Below the pieces are notes generated by a model, which had not been told where the DNA came from, did not search any database, and saw only the letters and a list, made by a program, of their open reading frames with translations. Positions 10,400 to 21,577 of a DNA stretch of 64,000 nt are shown one piece after another; position 1 is the first letter of the stretch; the number at the start of each line of letters is the position of its first letter. Source of the DNA: Candidatus Xenobia bacterium (GTDB lineage: Bacteria; Vulcanimicrobiota; Xenobia; Xenobiales; QWHO01); NCBI GenBank assembly GCA_045863235.1, contig BTUM01000003.1, positions 152,861-216,860 on the forward strand. Direction: 5' to 3'. The position numbers and the translations under genes were made by a program.

Positions 10400-10817
10400 G
10401 GATGCAGGCTGGTTTCCAGCAGCAAGTGGCTCTTGTCCGACCACCATACCTCCACCTGAATGGACTTGAGACGTCCCGCCATGACTTCCTGGCCGGTCAC
10501 CACCAGCGCGAATTTTCCGTTGTTCTGGGTAATCTCCGGATAGGGCGCGGGAGGGAACTGAAGCGGGGCGGCGCCGACGGCCGGCTGGCCCACCCGGCCG
10601 TCAAAGCTGTAACTCCCGGCCGGGATGTAAGCAAAGCCCCCGTTCGCGTTCAGTCGCACTCTTTCGAGCAACTGGCGGCCGACTCGGTGGCGGTTGTCAG
10701 GTCGTGCGACCGGGCCGCCAGCTGGATCCCCGAGATGAACACGCCCACCAGTGCCAGGATGACCACGGCCACCAGAGCGATCGCCAGGACCAGCTCGGTC
10801 AGGCTGAAACCACGCAC
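10396..10817 (-). pseudogene. Prepilin-type (PilV-like) protein, frameshifted near 10684
   Basis: RG|FSLTELVLAIALVAV..TTATE continues as VGRQLLE..IQVEVWW..LETSLHP in another frame. Confidence 0.72.
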
Positions 10818-10913
10818 TACACTCCCGTTCAGAATTGGAACGCGCGGGAGGGTAGACAATCTGTTGAACGGCGCCGCGCCAATTCCTCAAGCGTTCAAGG
10901 CGCGGCGCCTCAG
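10817..10913 (-). repeat. attC-like double-hairpin element, copy A
   Basis: GGCGCCGCGCC hairpin, GTTCAACAGATTGT, then CTACcCTCCCG/CGGGAGtGTAG hairpin; 10852-10913 is 58/62 identical (inverted) to 63540-63601. Confidence 0.85.
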
Positions 10914-11149
10914 CGCCCCAGCCAGGTGGCCACGCTCAACGTGGTGCCGGCGAAGTTGCTGGCCCCGTCGTCGAAGAAGTCCTCCACGAAGGTCACCCAG
11001 GTGCCATTGCCCAGGTACAGATCCCCTGGTTTCACGGTCACCCCGCTGACGGTGGTGCTGGGCAGGCTGGCATCGCCCTGGGCCAGCACCGCCCCCAGGA
11101 TGGTCACCTCGTTATCAGGGCAAGCTGAGCAGGGCGCCCTGAATCCCAC
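10910..11149 (-). pseudogene. Probable C-terminal remnant of a PilX-like gene
   Basis: VTILGAVLAQG..DLYL..LSVATW end resembles the end of 37640-39274; precedes the pilin pair. Confidence 0.4.
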
Positions 11150-11151
11150 GG

Positions 11152-11667
11152 TTACTCCAGAAAGAATTCCTCCACCCCGACCGACCAGCCGGGCAGAAGG
11201 TCAGGCAGTTCCAGGCACTGGTGCTCGCTCAGCAGCACCCGCGAGTCGGCCCTGGCCAGGGTGGCACAGCGATTGTCGGGGTCGAGCACCAGGACGACAG
11301 CCACCCCGGCCAGGAGATACTCCTGGACCTTTCTTTCGACCTCGCTGGCCCGGTCGTTCGGGGAGAGGACCTCCACCACCAGCGCCGGGGCCGTCACAAG
11401 GTAGCCCTCCGGGCTGGTGGCCGGCGGGCCCTGGTCAACGTGAACAAAGGCCACGTCGGCCCCCCGAACCGTTAGAGGCTCACGGGAAACGACCACGCCC
11501 ACCTCGCCAACATAGAGACGACCGAGCTGCTGTTTGCGAATGTGGTTGGCCAGCAAGAAGTAAGCGTTTCCCTCCACCTGGCCGTGGCGCCCCCCGGTCG
11601 GACTCAAAGCAACGATCTCCCCTTGCACGATCTCAAAGCGGTCAACCCCTGTGAGGCTCATCTGCAT
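11152..11667 (-). CDS. Uma2 family (PD-D/ExK) endonuclease
   Basis: EIVQGEIV..SP..RH, ADVAFV, APALVVEVLSPND, KVQEYL.AGV; start uncertain. Confidence 0.88.
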   Translation of the reverse strand: MQMSLTGVDRFEIVQGEIVALSPTGGRHGQVEGNAYFLLANHIRKQQLGRLYVGEVGVVVSREPLTVRGADVAFVHVDQGPPATSPEGYLVTAPALVVEVLSPNDRASEVERKVQEYLLAGVAVVLVLDPDNRCATLARADSRVLLSEHQCLELPDLLPGWSVGVEEFFLE

Positions 11668-11803
11668 GAATTCCCTGCCAGCAGGCCCCTCCCCTACGTT
11701 TGCATGCGAAGCACGTAAGTGCCCGGCGTGCGCCCGCTCAGCTCCTCGTTGTAGGTCGGGCCGGGGGGGAGTTGAAGGGGCAGCTTGAGGCAGAACGAAA
11801 AAC

Positions 11804-12397
11804 ATGCAGCCAATGCTCTGTTACGTACCTCTGTGGGAGGCCAAACTACCCGATCTGAGCGCACTGAGCGTATTCGAGCAGGTCACCGTAGAGGATGCCG
11901 TCCTGACGTTCTCTTTCCACGGGCTGGGATTCGCCGCCTCGCTGGTACAAGGGCATCTCGAGTTAGACGAACCCCTTTGTCACGAATCCTGGCCCGGCGC
12001 AGCTGACGCGCTCGTGTCGGCTCCCGCTTACCTGGTGGTGGCCGGGCTGGATCAAGCCGATCCGCTCAATCAGGCCACCGAGTTGACCCTGGTCACAAGC
12101 CTCCTTCTGAAAGCCACCAACGCCCCGGGCGTCTGTTGGAACGGAGGCCCGATGACCTCTTCGCGGTATTTCTTCGAGCAGGCCGCCAATGTCTTGAAAG
12201 AACCCCCTGTGAGCCTGTGGGTCGCCTTCCAGATCGCCCCTCGAGAGGGCGGCTCGGAGGGGTTCACCCGCGGGATGGTCTCGTTCGGACTTCCGGAGCT
12301 GGAGTCTCCCCTTTGTCCCGAGCCCCCGGGCGAGCTCTCGAGACGCCTGGCAGGTCTGGCCGAATACCTCCTGGTCAACGGTCCGGTCAGGCTGGCC
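11804..12397 (+). pseudogene. DUF4261-like protein, 3'-truncated and running in frame into the next gene's signal peptide
   Basis: PVSLWV, GFTRGMVSFGLPELE, LAEYLLVNGPV, then an abrupt switch to MRRFVWLL. Confidence 0.55.
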
Positions 12398-13541
12398 ATG
12401 AGAAGATTTGTATGGCTCCTGGTGCTGACCCTGATCGCCTGCTCTGGAGATGGCGGCACCGCCCCTACCGATCCTTCATCCCGCCCAGCGAGTCACGCTG
12501 AGCGGACCCGAGCAGGTCGACGGTCCGGCCACCTTCGAGGCGCGCGTGGTCCGGGACGGGCCCGTGAATTTCCAGGTGGACGGCCCGGGCCGGTTCGAGC
12601 CCGCCCAAAAGGTGTCCACGGCCGGAGTGGCCAGGGTGCGCTACATCCCGGACATTCCTGGGCACATCGTGACCGTCACGGCGGAGAGCGAAGAGGTGAT
12701 CTCCGAGCCCCTGACCGTGCGCGGCCTGACCCTTATCTTCGACGAGCCCGGGGGGCGGTTTCGCAACTTCCGCACCTGCCGCGACCCCTTTGACGGCGGC
12801 GACGCCCCGCGCACGGGGCTCGACGACCTGCGCATCTCGGGCAGCGCTCAGCCCAACGCGGACGCCTTCCAGACGATCCAGAACGCGTTGCCAGGCGAGT
12901 CGATCCTGGTGGTCGACCTGCGGCGCGAGTCGCACGGTTTCTCCGACCAGGCCGCCATCAGCTGGTTCACCGATCGCGACATGAGCAACGTGGACTTCAC
13001 CGACGAGGAGATCGAAGCGGATGAACAGGCCCGCGTGTTGGGCCTGCCTTCGCCCGTCACCATTTACACCATTGTAAAAAGGACCGAGGACGTCATCACT
13101 GAGTTCACCTCCGAGCAGGTGACGGTGACTTCACGCCGGCTCGAGCCCGAGGTGGTGGAGGCCCTGGGAATGAGCTCGGCCCGGCTCCACGTGCGCGACC
13201 ATTTCGAGCCGCGCGATGAAGAAGTGGACGAGTTCCTGGCCCTGGTGCGCTCGCTGCCCCCGGGCACCTGGCTCCACTTCCACTGCCACGGGGGAGACGG
13301 CCGCACGACCACTTTCATGAGCATGTACGACATGATGCGCAATGCACACCAGGTGAGTTTCGAGGACATCCTCACCCGGCAATTCTTGCTGGGCGGAATC
13401 GACCTGCAAACGCCGCCGCCCGAGGGCTCGTGGAAACGTCAGCCGGCCATCGAGCGGTTGGCCTTCCTGCGGGAGTTCTATCGCTACTGCCGGCAGCAGG
13501 GTCCCGATTTTAGCCGCACCTGGAGCGACTGGAAAGGCTAG
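12398..13541 (+). pseudogene. PTP-like phytase (inositol phosphate phosphatase) lipoprotein, frameshift near 12478
   Basis: Lipobox LIA|C in one frame; ISGSAQP, VDLRRESHGF, HFHCHGGDGRTT in frame 12450-13541. Confidence 0.78.
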
Positions 13542-13618
13542 TCCCCCAGAGCGTCTCGCTCAGCATCGACAACGTGCCGCTCGGGCGCTGTCGGGTGAGG
13601 GCGAGCCTGCTCGACCGA

Positions 13619-13727
13619 AGGTGCTTGAGATCGGACGAGGCTGGTCGACGACTCCTGCGGATCGAACCCGCCCAGGTTGTCAGCCGGTCTTGAGCCTGTA
13701 GCCCACCCCGGCCTCGGTCACCAGATG
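13619..13727. repeat. Right copy of duplicated DHH-end/kdpE-end junction
   Basis: Direct repeat of 8668-8748 with a ~28-bp insertion. Confidence 0.9.
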
Positions 13728-14369
13728 CCGCGGGCGCACCGGATCGGGCTCGATCTTGCGCCTGAGGTTGCTCACGTTGACCCGCAGGAGGTGGGTTTCA
13801 TCCCCATACTCCGGTCCCCAGACCTTGGCCAGCAGCTGGCGGTGAGTCAGCACCTTGCCGGCGTGCAACACCAGCTGGCGAAGGATCTCATACTCGGTCG
13901 GAGTCAACTGGATCTCACGCCCCTGGCTCAGCACCCGCCGGGCAGCCAGGTCCACCAACAGCTCCTCGTGGCGAAAGACGGGGTCCTCCACCGGCAGCTG
14001 CTGGGAGCGCCGCAGCGAAGCCCGCACGCGGGCCAGCAACTCGGGCAGCCCGAAGGGCTTGGTCAGGTAATCGTCGGCTCCAGCGTCCAGGGCGGCCACC
14101 TTCTGCTTCTCCCCCTCCAAAACCGAGAGGACCAGGATGGGGGCAGCGCTCCACTCGCGGAGCTGGCCGATCACGTCCATGCCGGTCATATCTGGAAGGC
14201 CCATATCCAGGATGACCAGGTCGGGCCGGTAGTCGGGAGCCATGGCCATGGCCTCGGCTCCCGTGGAAGCCTCCCTGACCTCGTAATCGTGGGCCGTCAG
14301 GGAGACGCGCAAGAACTTGCGGATGCCGGACTCGTCATCCACCACCAGGATACGGGGTTGTCCCTTCAC
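13680..14369 (-). CDS. kdpE: KdpE response regulator
   Basis: OmpR-type; GKVLTHRQLL, LRRKIEPDP.RPRHLVTE.GVGYR. Confidence 0.95.
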   Translation of the reverse strand: MKGQPRILVVDDESGIRKFLRVSLTAHDYEVREASTGAEAMAMAPDYRPDLVILDMGLPDMTGMDVIGQLREWSAAPILVLSVLEGEKQKVAALDAGADDYLTKPFGLPELLARVRASLRRSQQLPVEDPVFRHEELLVDLAARRVLSQGREIQLTPTEYEILRQLVLHAGKVLTHRQLLAKVWGPEYGDETHLLRVNVSNLRRKIEPDPVRPRHLVTEAGVGYRLKTG

Positions 14370-17014
14370 GCAGCCTCCTCGAGGGGAATCTGGATGACAA
14401 AGGTGCTCCCTCCGCCGGGCCTTTCCTCTACCCAGAGCGACCCGCCGTGCAACTCCACCAGCCCCCGGCTGATGGCCAGGCCCAACCCGGTACCACTGAC
14501 CTCGTCGGACAGGCGAAAGAACTTGTCGAAAACTCGCTCGCGGGCCTCGGCGCCAATGCCCGCGCCCCGATCTGAGATGCGGATCTGGGCCCGGCGGGCA
14601 ATCTTGTCCACGACCCGGGCCTCGATATGCACCCCGGACCCTTCGGGCGAATACTTGGCGGCGTTCTCGAGCAGGTTGTAGAGCACCTGACTGAAGGGCA
14701 CGAAATCCACCGGGATCATCGGGAAGTCGGTCGGAATCTCAACTTCAAGGGGACGCCCGGCGTACAGATGATCGAGGCGTCCCAGGGCACTCCCGATCAG
14801 GTCGCTGAGCTCGCAGGGCTCGCGGTTGAGACGAGTCTGACGAGACTCCACCCGGGACATGTCCAGCAAGTTGGCCACCAGACCGCGCAGGCGCTCGGTC
14901 TGCTCGCGCGCGCTGGCCAGCAGGCTGGCTCGAGCCGCTTCATCGCCATGCACCGCCGGGTCAACCAGGCTGTCCAGGCAGCCCATGATGGAGGTGATGG
15001 GTGTCTGCAGGTCGTGGGAGACGGAATTGAACAAGATGGTGTGCAGCCGCTCGGTCTCCTCGAGCAACTGGGCCCGGCGGGCTTCTTCGGTCAATCGCAC
15101 CCGGTGCAGGGCCATCGCCTCGAGATTGGTCAGCGTCTCCACCAGCTGGCGCTGAGAGGCGGTCAACTTCCGGCCGTCCAGCTTCAATCGCAGCACGGCC
15201 ACCGTCTGGTCTCCCTGCCGCAGGGGAAAGTAGAAGTCGTTGACTGCCGGCAGGGTATCGGTGCCGCACCCGGCCGGCTGGCCGTTGCGGTAAGCCCAGG
15301 TGGCCACGGCGGCGTCCTCGGGCGTGGAGAGCTGGTGCAGGGAAGCCGGATGCACCACCAGGCGCTCGCCCTGAGGCAGATAGAGGGTGGCCGGCACCCC
15401 CAGAGGACCTTGCAGGCTGGCCATCAGGGCCGCCACGATCTCATGCTCGTTGGCGGCCTGAGCCAGGTCGCGACTGAGCGCGTAGGCGGCCATCACCTGC
15501 AGCTGGCTGCGCCGGGAAGCCTGCACCTGGTCGCGCTCGCGGGCGGTCAGGTCGCCCACCAATAAGCCCACCACCAGCAGGGCAGCAAAGGTGACAAAAT
15601 ACTCGGTATCGCTGACCGCAAACGTGTAGCGCGGGGGCACGAAGAAGAAATCGAATGCCAGCACGCTCAAGCCGGCCGACAGCGCGGCCGGACCGCGACC
15701 GGCCACCAGCGCCGTGAGCACCACCCCCAGCAGGTAGAACATCACCAGGTTGGTGACGTCCAGGAACGGGTCCACCACCTCGCCCAGTCCGGTCACCAGG
15801 GCTACCAGGGCCAGCGCCAGAGCGTACGAGCGCCAGGCAGTCACGGCCGGCGACCGCGGTCGGACCAGAGCAGCCGCCCCGGACCCGCGCGAGATGACCA
15901 CCACGTCGATGTCGCCGCTCTCCTCGATCAGCCGATCGCTGATCGATCGACTCCACCAGGGGGTGCGCTCCGACCGGCCCATGACCACCTTGGTCACGTT
16001 CTGGCCACGCGCATACTCCAGCGTGGTGGCCACCAGGCTCGAGCCGCTCAGACGCACGGTGCGTGCCCCCAGCGACTCGGCCAGGCTCAGGTTGCTCTCG
16101 AGCTGCTCACGGTCGGCATCGGTCAAAGAGGACTCGGGGCTGTCGACGTAGAGCGCCTCCCAGCTGGCTTTCAGCTGGTTGGCCAGGCGGCGGGTGGCCC
16201 GGATCAATCGCTCGGAGAACGGGCTCGGACCCACGCACACCAGCAGCCGCTCGGAAGCAGGCCAGGGCCCGGCGATGGCCATGAGCTGCATGTGAGCCCG
16301 CATCTCTGAGTCGACCCGCTCAGCCGCGCGGCGCATCACCAGCTCGCGCAGGGCGGCCAGCTTGCCGGGACCGAAGAAGTTCTCGGCAGCATAGCGGGCC
16401 TGGGTGGGAATGTAGACCTTGCCTTCCTTGAGGCGCTGCAGCAGCTCCTCGGGGGGCAGGTCGATCAGCTTGATCTCGTCGGCCTCGTCGAGCACCCGGT
16501 CGGGCAGCGTCTCGCGCACCTTGACCCGGGTGATCTGGGCTACCACGTCGTTGAGGCTCTCCAGGTGCTGGATGTTCAGCGTGGTGTAGACGTCGATGCC
16601 CGCTTTGAGCAGCTCCTCCACGTCCTGCCAGCGTTTGCGGTGGCGAGAGCCGGGCACGTTGGTGTGAGCCAGCTCGTCCACCAGTACCAGCTGAGGTTTG
16701 CGCTGGAGGATCGCGTCGAGATCCAGCTCTTCCAGCACCACCTCACGATAGGCTCGCGACCGACGCGGGAGAACCTCAAGACCGACCAGCATGGCCTCGG
16801 TTTCCGCCCTGCCGTGCGTGTCCACCCAGCCCACCAGCACGTCGACGCCTTCCTCATGCTTCTGGCGGGCGGCCTCGAGCATGGCGAAGGTCTTGCCCAC
16901 CCCGGCGCAGTAACCCAGGAAAATCTTCAGCCGACCGCGGTGCGCTCGCTGCTCCTCGGCCTGAACGACAGCCAGAAGGTCCTCTGGATTGGGACGGTGG
17001 ACAGTATCCGGCAA
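14366..17014 (-). CDS. kdpD: KdpD sensor histidine kinase
   Basis: GRLKIFLGYCAGVGKT, VDELAHTN, USP domain, 4 TM helices, SHDLQTP. Confidence 0.97.
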   Translation of the reverse strand: MPDTVHRPNPEDLLAVVQAEEQRAHRGRLKIFLGYCAGVGKTFAMLEAARQKHEEGVDVLVGWVDTHGRAETEAMLVGLEVLPRRSRAYREVVLEELDLDAILQRKPQLVLVDELAHTNVPGSRHRKRWQDVEELLKAGIDVYTTLNIQHLESLNDVVAQITRVKVRETLPDRVLDEADEIKLIDLPPEELLQRLKEGKVYIPTQARYAAENFFGPGKLAALRELVMRRAAERVDSEMRAHMQLMAIAGPWPASERLLVCVGPSPFSERLIRATRRLANQLKASWEALYVDSPESSLTDADREQLESNLSLAESLGARTVRLSGSSLVATTLEYARGQNVTKVVMGRSERTPWWSRSISDRLIEESGDIDVVVISRGSGAAALVRPRSPAVTAWRSYALALALVALVTGLGEVVDPFLDVTNLVMFYLLGVVLTALVAGRGPAALSAGLSVLAFDFFFVPPRYTFAVSDTEYFVTFAALLVVGLLVGDLTARERDQVQASRRSQLQVMAAYALSRDLAQAANEHEIVAALMASLQGPLGVPATLYLPQGERLVVHPASLHQLSTPEDAAVATWAYRNGQPAGCGTDTLPAVNDFYFPLRQGDQTVAVLRLKLDGRKLTASQRQLVETLTNLEAMALHRVRLTEEARRAQLLEETERLHTILFNSVSHDLQTPITSIMGCLDSLVDPAVHGDEAARASLLASAREQTERLRGLVANLLDMSRVESRQTRLNREPCELSDLIGSALGRLDHLYAGRPLEVEIPTDFPMIPVDFVPFSQVLYNLLENAAKYSPEGSGVHIEARVVDKIARRAQIRISDRGAGIGAEARERVFDKFFRLSDEVSGTGLGLAISRGLVELHGGSLWVEERPGGGSTFVIQIPLEEAA

Positions 17015-17042
17015 GGCTGCTCGTTTCGCCGTCTCGACCGGC

Positions 17043-17567
17043 TCATCCCCGGTCCAGGGCCTGGTTGAGTTGCAGAACGTTTACCCTCGGCTGGCCGAAA
17101 ACGCCCAGCTGGGGGCCCTGGGTATGGGCCTCCACAAGCTTCAAAACGGCCCCCGGGTCCATCTGACGCGCGGAGGCCACCCGCGACACCTGATAGTGGG
17201 CGGCTTCAGGGGAGATATGAGGATCCAGACCGCTGCCCGAGGCGGTGACCAGATCCACCGGCACCGGCCTGGCTGGCCCCAGAGCCTCCAGACGAGCGGC
17301 GGCGGCATCAAAGAGCCTGGCGTTCAGCGGCCCCAGGTTCGAGCCCGAGGAGGCTCCCCCGTTGTACGGCGTCGGACCGGTGGCCGACAGCCGTCCCCAA
17401 AAATACCTGGCATCGCTGAACTCCTGGCCAATCAATTGGGCAGCATCTCCCCTGGCCTGAACAGGGAAGAGCAGGCTGCCCACCAGCGTCATGCCGACCG
17501 GGTAGACCACGCCAGTCAGGAGGGTGAAGAGCGCGTAGAGGATCAGGGCAGGCTTGAGGTGTTTCAT
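17043..17567 (-). CDS. kdpC: K+-transporting ATPase subunit C
   Basis: [34 protein letters not shown]. Confidence 0.96.
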   Translation of the reverse strand: MKHLKPALILYALFTLLTGVVYPVGMTLVGSLLFPVQARGDAAQLIGQEFSDARYFWGRLSATGPTPYNGGASSGSNLGPLNARLFDAAAARLEALGPARPVPVDLVTASGSGLDPHISPEAAHYQVSRVASARQMDPGAVLKLVEAHTQGPQLGVFGQPRVNVLQLNQALDRG

Positions 17568-19561
17568 TGTCCCACTCCCAGGGCGACGAGCGCCATGTCA
17601 ACGAGCTTGATTCCCACGAAGGGAGCGATGAGGCCGCCCACGCCGTAAATGAGCAGATGGTCACGCAGCAACTGGGCCGCTCCCACGGCGCGATAGGGGA
17701 CTCCGCGCAGAGCCAGCGGGATCAGAGCCACGATGATCAGGGCGTTGAAGATCACCGCTGACAGGATGGCGGTCTCCGGGTTGGCCAGGTGCATGAAGTT
17801 GAGCCTGTCGAGCACCGGATAGGTAGTCGAGAACGCAGCCGGGATGATGGCGAAGTACTTGGCCACGTCATTGGCGATGCTGAACGTGGTCAGGGCTCCA
17901 CGGGTCATCAGCAGCTGCTTGCCGATCTCCACGATCTCGATCAACTTGGTGGGGTTGGAGTCGAGGTCGACCATGTTGGCCGCCTCGCGAGCCGGCTGGG
18001 TGCCTGTATTCATGGCCACGGCTACGTCTGCCTGAGCTAAAGCGGGAGCGTCATTGGTGCCGTCGCCGGTCATGGCCACCAGCCGCCCCCCGGCCTGGTA
18101 TTCACGAATCAAGGACAACTTGTTCTCGGGTGTCGCCTGGGCCAGGAAATCGTCCACCCCGGATTCGGCCGCGATGGCGGCGGCCGTGAGGGGATTGTCG
18201 CCGGTGATCATCACCGTCTTGATGCCCATGCGCCGGAGCTGAGAGAAGCGCTCCTTGATACCGCCCTTGACGATGTCCTTGAGGTGGATGGCTCCCACGA
18301 CCCGCCCGTTCTCAGCCACCAGCAAGGGCGTGCCACCCTGTCTGGCGATGGTCTCGGTGGCCTCCACCAGCTCGGGAGGACACGATCCCACCCAGTTGGT
18401 GACGGTATCCGGTGCCCCCTTGCGGATCTGCGTGCCGTTGAGGTTCACCCCGCTCATGCGAGTCTGAGCCGTGAAGGTCACAAACTCGGCGTGCTCGGGC
18501 AGCTCCGGTGCCCGCAAGCCGAACTTTTCCTTGGCCAGCACCACGATGCTGCGCCCTTCGGGCGTCTCGTCGGCCAGCGAGGAGATCTGCGCCAGCCGGG
18601 CCAGCTCCTTTTCGGGCATTCCGTTGACCGGGTAGAAAGCCACCGCCTGGCGATTGCCCAGGGTAATGGTGCCGGTCTTGTCCAGTAAGAGAACGTCCAC
18701 GTCACCCGCCGCCTCCACCGCTCTCCCCGACATGGCCAGCACGTTGCGACGGATCAGGCGGTCCATCCCGGCGATGCCGATGGCCGAGAGCAAGCCCCCG
18801 ATGGTGGTCGGAATCAGGCAGACCAGCAGGGCCACCAGCACCGTCAGGGTGACGGGCTGTCCCTGGCCGGCTGCCTCGACGCTATAGAGTGAGAAGGGGT
18901 AGAGCGTCACCACCACCAGCAAGAAAATGATGGTGAAGCCGGCCAGCAGGATGTTCAGGGCGATCTCGTTGGGGGTCTTCTGGCGCCTGGCCCCCTCCAC
19001 CATGGCGATCATCCGGTCGAGGAAGCCCTGGCCCGGGTCCTGCTCGATGCGGATGACCAGCCAGTCGCTGAGCACCCGTGTTCCCCCGGTGACGGCGCTG
19101 CGATCGCCGCCCGACTCGCGAATGACGGGCGCGGACTCACCCGTGATGGCGCTCTCGTCCACCGAAGCGATGCCGTCCACCACCTCACCATCGGCGGGGA
19201 TCGGCTCGCCAGCGGAAACCAGCACCAGATCGCCCCGGCGAAGGTCGGTGGAAACGACCTCCTCAAGGTCCTGGCGGTTCTCGAGGCTCCGCAGGCGCTT
19301 TGCACTGGTCTGCTGGCGGCTGCGGCGCAGGGCGTCGGCCTGGGCTTTCCCACGGCCTTCGGCCAGCGACTCGGCAAAGTTGGCGAAGAGCACCGTGAAC
19401 CAGAGCCAGAGCGCGATCTGCACGGTAAACCAGTCCAGGTCCCGCAAGGCCATCACCGTAACCAGCACGCTGCCCACTTCGACCACGAACATGACCGGGT
19501 TCCGGGCCATGGTGCGGGGGTCGAGCTTTCGGAAGGCATCTTTGAGGGCTCGCAGGTACAT
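17564..19561 (-). CDS. kdpB: K+-transporting ATPase subunit B
   Basis: [28 protein letters not shown]. Confidence 0.97.
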   Translation of the reverse strand: MYLRALKDAFRKLDPRTMARNPVMFVVEVGSVLVTVMALRDLDWFTVQIALWLWFTVLFANFAESLAEGRGKAQADALRRSRQQTSAKRLRSLENRQDLEEVVSTDLRRGDLVLVSAGEPIPADGEVVDGIASVDESAITGESAPVIRESGGDRSAVTGGTRVLSDWLVIRIEQDPGQGFLDRMIAMVEGARRQKTPNEIALNILLAGFTIIFLLVVVTLYPFSLYSVEAAGQGQPVTLTVLVALLVCLIPTTIGGLLSAIGIAGMDRLIRRNVLAMSGRAVEAAGDVDVLLLDKTGTITLGNRQAVAFYPVNGMPEKELARLAQISSLADETPEGRSIVVLAKEKFGLRAPELPEHAEFVTFTAQTRMSGVNLNGTQIRKGAPDTVTNWVGSCPPELVEATETIARQGGTPLLVAENGRVVGAIHLKDIVKGGIKERFSQLRRMGIKTVMITGDNPLTAAAIAAESGVDDFLAQATPENKLSLIREYQAGGRLVAMTGDGTNDAPALAQADVAVAMNTGTQPAREAANMVDLDSNPTKLIEIVEIGKQLLMTRGALTTFSIANDVAKYFAIIPAAFSTTYPVLDRLNFMHLANPETAILSAVIFNALIIVALIPLALRGVPYRAVGAAQLLRDHLLIYGVGGLIAPFVGIKLVDMALVALGVGQ

Positions 19562-19562
19562 C

Positions 19563-21260
19563 TCAGAATACCACTCCCGTGGGCAGCATGAAGTGTTCGA
19601 CGACAGGCCCGAGAGCCAGGGCCGGCAAGAAGGCCAGGGCTCCCACCACCAGCACCACCGTCACCAGCCAGAAAACGAACAGGGGGCCATGGGTGGGCAG
19701 GGTGCCAGGGCCCGGGGGAACCTTCTTCTTAGCAACCAGCGAGCCAGCCAGAGCCAGCACCGGGAGCGCGAGCCAGTAGCGGCTGACCAGCATCGCCAGG
19801 CCACCCCCAACCGAGTAGATCGGCCCGGTCGCGGTCAGTCCCCCGAAAGCGCTCCCATTGTTGTTGCCCATGGAGGTGAAGGCGTAAAGAATCTCGCTGA
19901 AACCGTGGGGACCGGTGTTGGCCACCGCCCCCTTGGCGGCCGGATTAACCATGGCCCAGGCGCTCAATCCCAGCACCACCGCCGGCATGATCAAGATGAC
20001 CAGGGAGCACATCTTGATGTCGTAAGCCTCGATCTTCTTGCCCAGGTACTCGGGGGTACGACCCACCATCAAGCCAGCCGTAAAGACGGCCACCAGGGCA
20101 AAGACCAGCATGCCGTACAGCCCGCTGCCCACGCCCCCGTAGACCACCTCGCCCAGTTGCATCATCACCAGAAGACACAAGCCCCCCAGCGGCGTGAACG
20201 AGTCGTGCATGCTGTTGACCGACCCGTTGGAAGCAGCCGTGGTGCAAACCGCGTAGAGGGCCGAGAGCACCGTGCCAAAGCGCACTTCCTTGCCTTCCAT
20301 GTTGCCGGCCGAGATGTCCACGCCCATGGCCGCCAGACGCGGGTTGCCCTGCATCTCAGCCCCCACGCAGAAGGCCACCACGGCCGCAAAGATCAAGGTC
20401 ATGGCAGCCAGCAGGGCCCAACCCTGGAGGCGGTCGCCGGCCAGCTGCCCGAACGTATAGCAGAGGGCAGCCGGGATCAGCAGAATGGAAAGCATCAGGG
20501 CGAAGTTGCTCAGCGGGGTTGGATTCTCGAACGGGTGGGCCGAGTTGGCATTGAAGAAGCCCCCTCCGTTGGTGCCCAGTTGCTTGATGGCCACCTGGGA
20601 GGCGGCCGGCCCGCGGGCCACGACCTGCTCCGTCTGACCCTGGAGGGTTTTCACCGACTCGTAGTCGCCAAAATTCTGGGGTACGCCCTGAGAGATCAAA
20701 AAGAGCGCCCAGATCACTGACAGGGGCAGCAAGATGTAGAGGGTCGAGCGGGTCAGGTCGACCCAGAAATTCCCCAGCCCGTTCTCGTTGCAGCGGGAGA
20801 ACCCGCGTGCCAGGGCGGCCAGGATGGCGATGCCGGTAGCGGCCGAGACGAAGTTCTGGACGGTCAGGCCGAGCATCTGGGTCAGGTAGCTCATGGTGGT
20901 CTCACCGCCGTAGGCCTGCCAGTTGGTATTGCTGACAAAGGAGGCAGCGGTATTGAAGGCCACCATCGAGGGCACGCCCGCCATCTGCTCGGGGTTGGCA
21001 GGCAAGTAGTGCTGCAGTCGCTGCAGGGCATAGAGAGCCAGGATGCCGACGGCCTGAAAAGCCAGCATGGCCAGGGCGTAGACCCGCCAGCTCATCTCTT
21101 GGCGGGGGTCGATGCCAGCCAGACGATACAATCCTCGCTCCAATGGCCCGAGCAGGCGCTCGAGAAGCACCGGTTTGCCATCCAGCACGCGGGCCATGAA
21201 GGCCCCCAGCGGCTTGACCAGGGCGAGCAACACGACAAAATACAAGAGGACTTCCATCAT
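19563..21260 (-). CDS. kdpA: K+-transporting ATPase subunit A
   Basis: NTNWQAY, LGTNGGG, SNGSVN, NNGSAF filter motifs. Confidence 0.97.
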   Translation of the reverse strand: MMEVLLYFVVLLALVKPLGAFMARVLDGKPVLLERLLGPLERGLYRLAGIDPRQEMSWRVYALAMLAFQAVGILALYALQRLQHYLPANPEQMAGVPSMVAFNTAASFVSNTNWQAYGGETTMSYLTQMLGLTVQNFVSAATGIAILAALARGFSRCNENGLGNFWVDLTRSTLYILLPLSVIWALFLISQGVPQNFGDYESVKTLQGQTEQVVARGPAASQVAIKQLGTNGGGFFNANSAHPFENPTPLSNFALMLSILLIPAALCYTFGQLAGDRLQGWALLAAMTLIFAAVVAFCVGAEMQGNPRLAAMGVDISAGNMEGKEVRFGTVLSALYAVCTTAASNGSVNSMHDSFTPLGGLCLLVMMQLGEVVYGGVGSGLYGMLVFALVAVFTAGLMVGRTPEYLGKKIEAYDIKMCSLVILIMPAVVLGLSAWAMVNPAAKGAVANTGPHGFSEILYAFTSMGNNNGSAFGGLTATGPIYSVGGGLAMLVSRYWLALPVLALAGSLVAKKKVPPGPGTLPTHGPLFVFWLVTVVLVVGALAFLPALALGPVVEHFMLPTGVVF

Positions 21261-21261
21261 C

Positions 21262-21345
21262 TCAGTCCAACCACTCCGGCTTGAGTAAAGCCACTCCCAG
21301 ATAGAGGAAGAGAGCCATGGCAATTGCTCCAGCGATCAGGATCAC
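21262..21345 (-). CDS. kdpF: KdpF peptide (27 aa, absent from ORF track)
   Basis: MILIAGAIAMALFLYLGVALLKPEWLD directly before kdpA. Confidence 0.88.
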   Translation of the reverse strand: MILIAGAIAMALFLYLGVALLKPEWLD

Positions 21346-21428
21346 TTCAACCTCGCGCACAAATTCAGCAACTCCAGGGTGAGGGCCCCGAAGCAAAGCA
21401 TCGCTATCAGCATGAAGACGTCACCCAC
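21342..21428 (-). CDS. Second small hydrophobic Kdp-associated peptide (28 aa, KdpZ-like)
   Basis: GGAGGTG RBS; MGDVFMLIAMLCFGALTLELLNLCARLK; stop overlaps the kdpF start (GTGA). Confidence 0.72.
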   Translation of the reverse strand: MGDVFMLIAMLCFGALTLELLNLCARLK

Positions 21429-21577
21429 AGGCTCACCTCCGCACCCGGCCCAGTCCGTGAAAAGACAAGGATTCCTTCGCGCCTGCACCAGATCCATTGC
21501 AGCAATTTCCGGCGCAGTTCACGCTTTGAAGTGTATGGGACCGATAGTCACAGGCAGGTCAAGCTGCCAGACCGGGG

